Origin: an uncultured Streptococcus sp.
GTDB taxonomy: Bacteria > Bacillota > Bacilli > Lactobacillales > Streptococcaceae
Length of the DNA stretch: 64,000 bases
Direction: 5' to 3'
Assembly: GCA_945864085.1 (NCBI GenBank)
Contig: CAMBAD010000002.1
Location: 14,144 to 78,143, forward strand
Positions 57,718 through 64,000 of the stretch are shown one piece after another (position 1 is the first letter of the stretch; each line of letters starts with the position of its first letter). Below the pieces are notes generated by a model. That model searched no databases. It saw only the letters and a program-made list of their open reading frames with translations, and was not told the DNA's origin. The translations under genes were made by a program, and so were the position numbers.

Positions 57718-59730
57718 CTAGGAAATAATCCGTTTGTAAGACCGCGTTGTAATAGCGTAAACCACTAGGTAGAGCAGGAAGTAACCGCCACAGATACCTG
57801 CCGTCACCTGCAGCATCAGCCCTTCGTTGACCACTCCGATAGATAGAAGAATGGACGACAACATCTTGTAGGCAAAGGCAAGGTGGACAAGGGCCAGAAA
57901 GATTGGCAGAAAGAAAACGGTCAACAACTGCTTGCGAATAGACTGTCTGGTCTGGTCCTCATCCAAACCAACCTTGGTCATGATGACAAAGCGGCTTCTG
58001 TCCTCATATCCCTCGGAAATCTGTTTGAAGTAGATGACTAGCACTACTGCCATGAGGAAAATGAGCGATAAGAGCAAGCCAATAAAGAAGAGAGAGCCTG
58101 CAAAACTGAAGAAGGAACGCATAGCGTAGGCCCGATAAGATAGAATGATGGAAGTTAACCCATCCTCATCCAGGCTAGAGGCCCATAGTTCACTTTCAAA
58201 ATTGCTTGATAAAAAAGTATCGTAGGCCTCTATCTGTTCTTCTTCTGTTAGACTGCTTTCATAACCCATATAATAACGTGCTTCGACCTGATTCTTAACC
58301 ACAGCTAGGTCACTGACTACCATCACGAGGTACTGGTCCGATGTGAAGGAAATATGGTCAGGCAAGTGGCCTAGGGTGATATTTTGCGGCAAGACTTGGG
58401 CAACTTGGAAGTCTTGCTCACCAATCACCATTTCCTGCCCTGCTTGATACTGGATTCCCTTGCTATAAATGGCAAGCTGGTTTGCAGCCAAGTTCAGCTT
58501 CTTCCCAGTCATCTGTTCATAAGTTGCTTGGTCAATAATAAAACCAGCCCCTAACCAGTCAGAAAAATCAAGGGTGGACAGCTCTTCTTTGGATAAGAAG
58601 TCAATTTGTCTGCTTGTCACGCTTGAAAAATAAACCTGTTGATAGTTGTAGATTATTCTGCTTTCCACAGGTATCTGAGCTTCTTCAAGAATTTTTTCCG
58701 TCCATTCTTGCAGCTGGACTTTTGACGAAGTGGATGATAGCACAACATCAATCGAATAATCATTTGGATTTTGATTGTTGACATAGTCCTTGCCACCGAT
58801 GTAGATATTGAGCCCGCCTACCATGGTCACCAAAAACATAGTGGACAAAATCGTAATCGTTGCCAGGCCCATGGCATTTTTCCGCATGCGGAAAATCAGA
58901 TTCGACACAGAAATAAAGTTGGCTGGCTTGTAGTAATAGGTCTGGCGATTTTTTAGCCAATTTAAGAGGCTAATAATCCCAGCCTGAAAGAGCAGATAGG
59001 TTCCAAAGATCACCAAGAGAGTTGCTCCAAAGAAGCTTGGAACGGCTGTCAGCGGACGGGTCACCAGTTGCGCAATGGCGTAGCCTGCCCCCAGTAAGAT
59101 AAGAGCTAGGATGGTTTGCAGCCAAAGGAAGCTTGATTTCTTGTCCCCACGCTTTTTACCTTGAACCAGTTTGAGAGAGTCGGTCAAGCCCAACTTCCCA
59201 ATATTGAATAGGCTAACCACTACAAAAATCCCAAAGAGGTAGATGAGTACAGTGACCAGACTTTTCAACTGGAAAGTGGAAGTCAGAACGACAGGCATTT
59301 GCATGGTTTTTAACAGGAGGGCATAGAAGAGTTTGTCCAAAACCAAGCCCAGCCCTAAACCGCTAATAATGGTTCCAAGGGAAAAGACCAGATTTTCCAA
59401 ACAGGTCATGAACAGCAGGTGCTTTTTCTCTAAACCTAGAATACTGTAGACCCCAAACTCTTTTGACCGCTGTTTCATCACAAAACTGTTGGCATAAAAC
59501 ACCATAACAGCAATGGCAAGCATGACCACAATCATACCAAAGCCCAACACTGTACTTACTCCATTGGCTCCCTTGACCTGACCCAAATTAGGATGGAAGG
59601 CTAAGGAAGTAAAGATATACGCGATGGCTGTCGACAAAATGGTCATCAGGGCATAGGGATAGTAGAGACGACGGTTCTTTTTAAGATTGGTCAAGGCCAA
59701 TCGAAAACTTAGTCCAATCATATTACTCAC
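57718..59730 (-). CDS. BceB-like ABC permease
   Basis: About 10 TMs with a large extracellular loop; RSKEFGVYSILG. Confidence 0.85.
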   Translation of the reverse strand: MSNMIGLSFRLALTNLKKNRRLYYPYALMTILSTAIAYIFTSLAFHPNLGQVKGANGVSTVLGFGMIVVMLAIAVMVFYANSFVMKQRSKEFGVYSILGLEKKHLLFMTCLENLVFSLGTIISGLGLGLVLDKLFYALLLKTMQMPVVLTSTFQLKSLVTVLIYLFGIFVVVSLFNIGKLGLTDSLKLVQGKKRGDKKSSFLWLQTILALILLGAGYAIAQLVTRPLTAVPSFFGATLLVIFGTYLLFQAGIISLLNWLKNRQTYYYKPANFISVSNLIFRMRKNAMGLATITILSTMFLVTMVGGLNIYIGGKDYVNNQNPNDYSIDVVLSSTSSKVQLQEWTEKILEEAQIPVESRIIYNYQQVYFSSVTSRQIDFLSKEELSTLDFSDWLGAGFIIDQATYEQMTGKKLNLAANQLAIYSKGIQYQAGQEMVIGEQDFQVAQVLPQNITLGHLPDHISFTSDQYLVMVVSDLAVVKNQVEARYYMGYESSLTEEEQIEAYDTFLSSNFESELWASSLDEDGLTSIILSYRAYAMRSFFSFAGSLFFIGLLLSLIFLMAVVLVIYFKQISEGYEDRSRFVIMTKVGLDEDQTRQSIRKQLLTVFFLPIFLALVHLAFAYKMLSSILLSIGVVNEGLMLQVTAGICGGYFLLYLVVYAITTRSYKRIIS

Positions 59731-60481
59731 CTCGATTCGCCATGACGGTCAAGGTATCTGAAATTAGCTGATACATTTCCTGACTGGTCCGTTCCCCACG
59801 GTAGATTTGATTGTAGAGAATGCCGTCCTTGATAAAAATCACGCGCTTGGCACGACTGGCCGCAGCCGTTGAGTGGGTCACCATCAGAATGGTCTGACCT
59901 TGCTGATTGATTTGCTCAAAAATATCCAGCAAGGTAGCCGATGATTTGGAATCGAGGGCCCCAGTCGGTTCATCCGCCAAGAGAATTTCAGGTCGCGTGA
60001 TGATGGCACGCGCCACGGCCACCCGTTGCTGCTGGCCTCCTGAAATCTCATACGGCATCTTGTCCTGCAAGGTTCCGATTTCTAGGCTATTGAGGGTGTG
60101 AATCAAGCGCTTGTTCATCTCGTCAATAGGATAGCGAGAAAGGACCAGGGGCAAGAGAACATTGTCCCTGACCGACAGGGTGTCTAAGAGATTAAAATCT
60201 TGAAAGACAAAGCCCAATTTCTCACGCCGAAAGGCAGAAGCCTCCTTGCTCTTGATAGACTGGGTGTCCAGACCATTGAGCAGGACCTTGCCCTGCGTCG
60301 GCTTATCAAGGGTTGCCAAAATATTGAGCAGGGTGGACTTGCCTGAGCCAGACTCCCCCATAATGGCCACATATTCCCCCTCTTCCACCGTGAAATGAAT
60401 ATCCTTCAAGGCCTCAACCTGGCCCGCCTTAAAGCGGGAACTGTAAATCTTCTGAACGTGTTGCACATCTAAGACTGACAT
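59723..60481 (-). CDS. BceA-like ABC ATPase
   Basis: [14 protein letters not shown] and DEPTGALD. Confidence 0.92.
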   Translation of the reverse strand: MSVLDVQHVQKIYSSRFKAGQVEALKDIHFTVEEGEYVAIMGESGSGKSTLLNILATLDKPTQGKVLLNGLDTQSIKSKEASAFRREKLGFVFQDFNLLDTLSVRDNVLLPLVLSRYPIDEMNKRLIHTLNSLEIGTLQDKMPYEISGGQQQRVAVARAIITRPEILLADEPTGALDSKSSATLLDIFEQINQQGQTILMVTHSTAAASRAKRVIFIKDGILYNQIYRGERTSQEMYQLISDTLTVMANRGE

Positions 60482-60562
60482 AGCAAACTCCTCCTTTTCT
60501 TTATCTGCCCTTATTCTACCTCCTTCCCGGACCAGCTGCCATCGTTCTAGCTTTCATTTAAG

Positions 60563-60576
60563 TGACAATTTTGTAA
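60563..60576. promoter_or_regulatory. Putative BceR-type binding site
   Basis: TGACAA-TT-TTGTAA imperfect palindrome upstream of the ABC operon. Confidence 0.5.
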
Positions 60577-60641
60577 GATTGCACTCAATGAACAGCAATC
60601 TAGCCTAGTTGTCAACCGATACTGTTGATCATTGAAGCCTA

Positions 60642-61622
60642 TTAGTCAAAGACCAGATCCACTTCTCTGATTCCGATTCGAACCTCGGTTCCCTGCCCCA
60701 CTTTAGAGGTTAAGGTTAGGGAATAGCCCAGCTCCGCAGCGATTTTTTTGGAGAGATAGAGGCCCAGACCCGAAGATTGCTGGGTTCTGCGACCATTGAA
60801 GCCTGAAAAACCACGCTCAAATACCCGCTTCAAATCGCTCTCCGCAATCCCTATGCCCGTATCTCGGATGACCACCTCATCTCCGTCTAAGAAAATGGCT
60901 ATGGTGCCCGCCTGACAATACTTGAGGGCGTTGGATAAAATCTGCTCCAGCAGGAGCTCTAGCCAGCGCTTGTCTGTCTTTACAGTCCGCTCTAGCTGCC
61001 CCATTTCTAAGCGGGTATTGGCTTGGATGAAAAAGAGGGAGTATTTTTTGACCAGGGTTCTGATTAGGTCCCCTATGCTGACCTCCTCAATCACCAAATC
61101 ATCATGAAAGGACTGGAGGCGAAGATAGTTTAATACCAGACCTGTATAGCGCTCAATTTTGAAGAGTTCAGATTCCAGCTGATGGCGGACTGGTTCGCTG
61201 TCTATTTCTTTGACCAAGAGCTGACTGGCTGCGATGGGGGTTTTCATCTGATGGGCCCAGAGGGTGTAGTAGTCTTCTAATTCTGTCTGTTCTTCGAGCT
61301 GTTTTTCTCTGAGGAGCTTGTTCTGGACTTCTAGCCTCTCCACTCTCTCTTGTAAACAACGCTCACTGGCTGTCCCTGTCTCAATCTTCTGCCCACGCCA
61401 GATTTTCCTAAAGCGGGAAAGGTCTGCCGCTAGGTCCCAGAGGGTGGCGACAAGGCCACAGAGGGCTAAGAGTACCAAGGCGTAGGCGGTTAGTTCTTGC
61501 TGGACGGCAAATAGTTGGCTGAGGCCAAGGAGCAGGCCCAAAAAGCTGGCAAAGGCTAGTGTGTAGGGGAGGCGGGAGCGGAGCCAATGGGTCAGCCAGT
61601 GGTGGATGGTCTGCTTAGTCAT
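60642..61622 (-). CDS. BceS-like histidine kinase
   Basis: WAHQMKTP, NALKY, DTGIG and GLGL; short intramembrane-type N-terminus. Confidence 0.88.
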   Translation of the reverse strand: MTKQTIHHWLTHWLRSRLPYTLAFASFLGLLLGLSQLFAVQQELTAYALVLLALCGLVATLWDLAADLSRFRKIWRGQKIETGTASERCLQERVERLEVQNKLLREKQLEEQTELEDYYTLWAHQMKTPIAASQLLVKEIDSEPVRHQLESELFKIERYTGLVLNYLRLQSFHDDLVIEEVSIGDLIRTLVKKYSLFFIQANTRLEMGQLERTVKTDKRWLELLLEQILSNALKYCQAGTIAIFLDGDEVVIRDTGIGIAESDLKRVFERGFSGFNGRRTQQSSGLGLYLSKKIAAELGYSLTLTSKVGQGTEVRIGIREVDLVFD

Positions 61623-62298
61623 GGGCAGCCACCAGGCCGTAGCCAATCCCTTTCTTGGTAGCAATCAGATCTGGCAGCCCCAATTCTGCCAGCTTCTTAC
61701 GCAGGCGGGCAATGTTGACCGAGAGGGTGTTGTCATCCACAAATACATCGCTGTTCCACAATTCTCGCATCAATTCCTCGCGGCTGACAACTTCCTTGCC
61801 GTGCGCAAACAGCACCCGTAGAATCTGAAATTCGTTCTTGGTTAATTCTTCCACTTGCTGCTTGTAGTGCAGCTGCATGGTCTTGAGGTCCAGGGAAACC
61901 TGGCCAAACCAAAGCTGGCTTTGTTCACCCACAAAATCGTAGGTTCTCCTTAGCAAACCTTGTATCTTGGCCAGAAGCACTGTCATCTCAAAAGGCTTGG
62001 TCACATAGTCATCTGCCCCCATATTGATGGCCATGACAATGTCCATGGGCTGATCGTGTGAGGAGAGAAACATGATTGGTAGGCGGGAGGTCTTGCGAAT
62101 TTCCTGGCACCAATAATAACCATTGAAAAAAGGCAGACCGATGTCTAGGAGGATGAGGTGGGGACCAAATCGCTCTATTTGCAAGAGGATGTCTTGGAAA
62201 TTCTCCGCTTGCTCCACCTGGTACCCCCAATTTGTTAAATTTTTAGCCACCAGCTGGCTGATGGTCCGATCGTCTTCGATGATGAGTATTTTCTGCAT
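61615..62298 (-). CDS. BceR-like OmpR-family response regulator
   Basis: IEDD, LLDIGLP, GADDYVTKPF and a winged helix. Confidence 0.92.
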   Translation of the reverse strand: MQKILIIEDDRTISQLVAKNLTNWGYQVEQAENFQDILLQIERFGPHLILLDIGLPFFNGYYWCQEIRKTSRLPIMFLSSHDQPMDIVMAINMGADDYVTKPFEMTVLLAKIQGLLRRTYDFVGEQSQLWFGQVSLDLKTMQLHYKQQVEELTKNEFQILRVLFAHGKEVVSREELMRELWNSDVFVDDNTLSVNIARLRKKLAELGLPDLIATKKGIGYGLVAAHD

Positions 62299-62460
62299 GG
62301 TTGTTCTCCTTATCTAGTCCTCTCTATTATAGCCTATTTCTAGGGAAATTTGAGGAAAAATTCCATTTTTTTCTGGCCTCACTTGACCCTGTCAAGTTGT
62401 TATTTTGTCAACATTCCGCTATAATCAAAGGAAAGATATAGAAAGAGAAGCTCTACCAAC

Positions 62461-63636
62461 ATGCCAAATCTACTCACCTATCTAACAGAAATCCAGCATG
62501 ACAGTTTCTACGACCGTCCTATCAATAAGCTGGATATTCTGGCCCTGACTGAGCTGACCTACCTGCCCTTTAAGGACTTGGTTTCTCCTGATTTTGCAGA
62601 TAAGGGGGTCCGTCTGGATCTGTTGCTCCAACGCTTTGAACAAGCGTACAACCAAGGGTTTCCTCCATTTTCCCTGGTGAACAAGGATCGCCTGACCCTC
62701 TTTAGCCTGCTAGCTGCCTCCAAGCGCTTCAAGTATATCAAGGCATTTGCCCATGTCGATGAGTATGAATTGGAACAGGAAAAGCAATTTGCTGCTATCA
62801 GCTACCGACTGGATCGACAGACCTTTGTAACCTGTTTTAGGGGAACGGATGATACCATTATTGGCTGGAAGGAGGATTTTCACATGACCTACATGGAAGA
62901 AATTCCTGCCCAGAAAGCGGCCAGTATCTATCTGCAAGAACTCTTGACCAGCCAAGAAGGCAAGATTTACCTAGCAGGGCATTCCAAGGGAGGAAATCTA
63001 GCCCTCTACGCTGCCTGTCAATTACGGCCAGAACTCCAGGAACGCTTGCTTGCAATCTATTGCTACGACGCTCCTGGTCTCCACAAAAATTGCTTGCAGT
63101 CCGATAACTACCGCGCTATTGAAGAACTGGTCCATCCGATTATTCCTCAAAATTCAATCGTGGGAATGATGCTGGAAACACCAGAAAAGGCCCAGATTGT
63201 CCTGAGCCATACCATTGGTCTTCTCCAGCATATTACCTTTACTTGGGAGGTTGACGGTGAGGATTTCAAACAAGCTTCAAACCTATCTGAGAATAGCCTC
63301 CAGGTCGATCGGACCCTCAAAACGTGGACTGCCAAGCTGAGCGATGAAGAGTTGAGAGACTTCTTTGACCTTTTCTTCGGTCTCTTTATTCAGGCGGGGA
63401 TTGAGCGATTTAGCGACATCACGGTGAATCCCTTGCAAAAACTCCAAGAAATCGACCGGCTGCGGAAGGAATTGTCTGCTGAGGAAGCGGAAATGATTGA
63501 CCAACTGATCCGCCTTCTCTTTGACACCCGTTATCAGGTCTGGAAAGATAGTTTGGGCAAGCTGTTTCCCCGTCCCGAACTCAGTTTACAAGACTGGTGG
63601 AAGACCTTTCAAAAGCAAGCAGATAGTGGGAAATGA
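62461..63636 (+). CDS. DUF2974 alpha/beta hydrolase
   Basis: FRGTDDT.IGWKEDF, GHSKGG and DAPG. Confidence 0.85.
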   Translation: MPNLLTYLTEIQHDSFYDRPINKLDILALTELTYLPFKDLVSPDFADKGVRLDLLLQRFEQAYNQGFPPFSLVNKDRLTLFSLLAASKRFKYIKAFAHVDEYELEQEKQFAAISYRLDRQTFVTCFRGTDDTIIGWKEDFHMTYMEEIPAQKAASIYLQELLTSQEGKIYLAGHSKGGNLALYAACQLRPELQERLLAIYCYDAPGLHKNCLQSDNYRAIEELVHPIIPQNSIVGMMLETPEKAQIVLSHTIGLLQHITFTWEVDGEDFKQASNLSENSLQVDRTLKTWTAKLSDEELRDFFDLFFGLFIQAGIERFSDITVNPLQKLQEIDRLRKELSAEEAEMIDQLIRLLFDTRYQVWKDSLGKLFPRPELSLQDWWKTFQKQADSGK

Positions 63637-63740
63637 GGCTTGAGTAATAAGCAATCAGCCTCCTCTGCACCTTAAACTATGGGAGCGAAGACGAACTCGA
63701 CCACTTAGAAAGAGTTCCTCCTCGCTCCTTTTGATATGTT

Positions 63741-64000
63741 TCAGGAAGGAATTGCCAATAATTCCTGATAGATTGCCAAATCGTTGTCCTTAAAGACATT
63801 GAAGACCACCTTAAGTTGCGGGTGCTCCTTCACAAAAGCACGCACCGTTTTGATGGCAATCTCAGCTGCCAGCTGATTGGGAAAACGGAACTCTCCTGTG
63901 CTGATACAGCAAAAAGCAATGCTGGACAGGCCTTGTTTGACAGCCAGTTCCAGACCATGTTGATAGGAGGAGGCTAGAAGTTTTTCGTCTTCTGCTGTGA
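63741..64000 (-). CDS. Macrodomain ADP-ribose hydrolase, 3' part (starts beyond the window)
   Basis: Minus strand reads LLASSY...SIAFCCISTGEFRFPNQLAAEIAI...VVFNVFKD to TGA at 63741. Confidence 0.85.
   Translation of the reverse strand, partial: TAEDEKLLASSYQHGLELAVKQGLSSIAFCCISTGEFRFPNQLAAEIAIKTVRAFVKEHPQLKVVFNVFKDNDLAIYQELLAIPS

Overview
Chromosomal window from a Streptococcus, most likely S. suis or a close relative (inferred from the DegV-MocR-YaaA genes flanking the capsule locus and from PBP2x residue numbering). From left to right: (1) core genes gndA, DUF177, trxB, cshB, mraY, pbp2x, ftsL and rsmH, with an accessory nonsense-disrupted gene inserted behind a poly-G promoter; (2) an XRE regulator/membrane-protein operon with three palindromic operators; (3) a flavin-based extracellular electron transfer locus (eetA, dmkA, fmnB, pplA, dmkB, ndh2, eetB); (4) tgt and DUF975; (5) a ~12 kb type III-D-variant CRISPR-Cas island (cas6, csx1, an FRG-domain gene, HD-less cas10 with DGDD, cas7-cas5-cas11, cas7-2x, csx19, cas7-insertion, a cas1 remnant, and a 4-spacer array interrupted by a host repeat element); (6) a Wzy-dependent capsule locus with phosphocholine genes but no licD, plus a sulfotransferase-fold gene; (7) yaaA, MocR, DegV, TetR, a BceRS-BceAB-like module, DUF2974 and a partial macrodomain gene. 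The best candidate for an undescribed system is the FRG-domain gene translationally coupled inside the type III operon, together with the terminator-gated cas leader. All family assignments come from motif recognition by eye; no searches were run.
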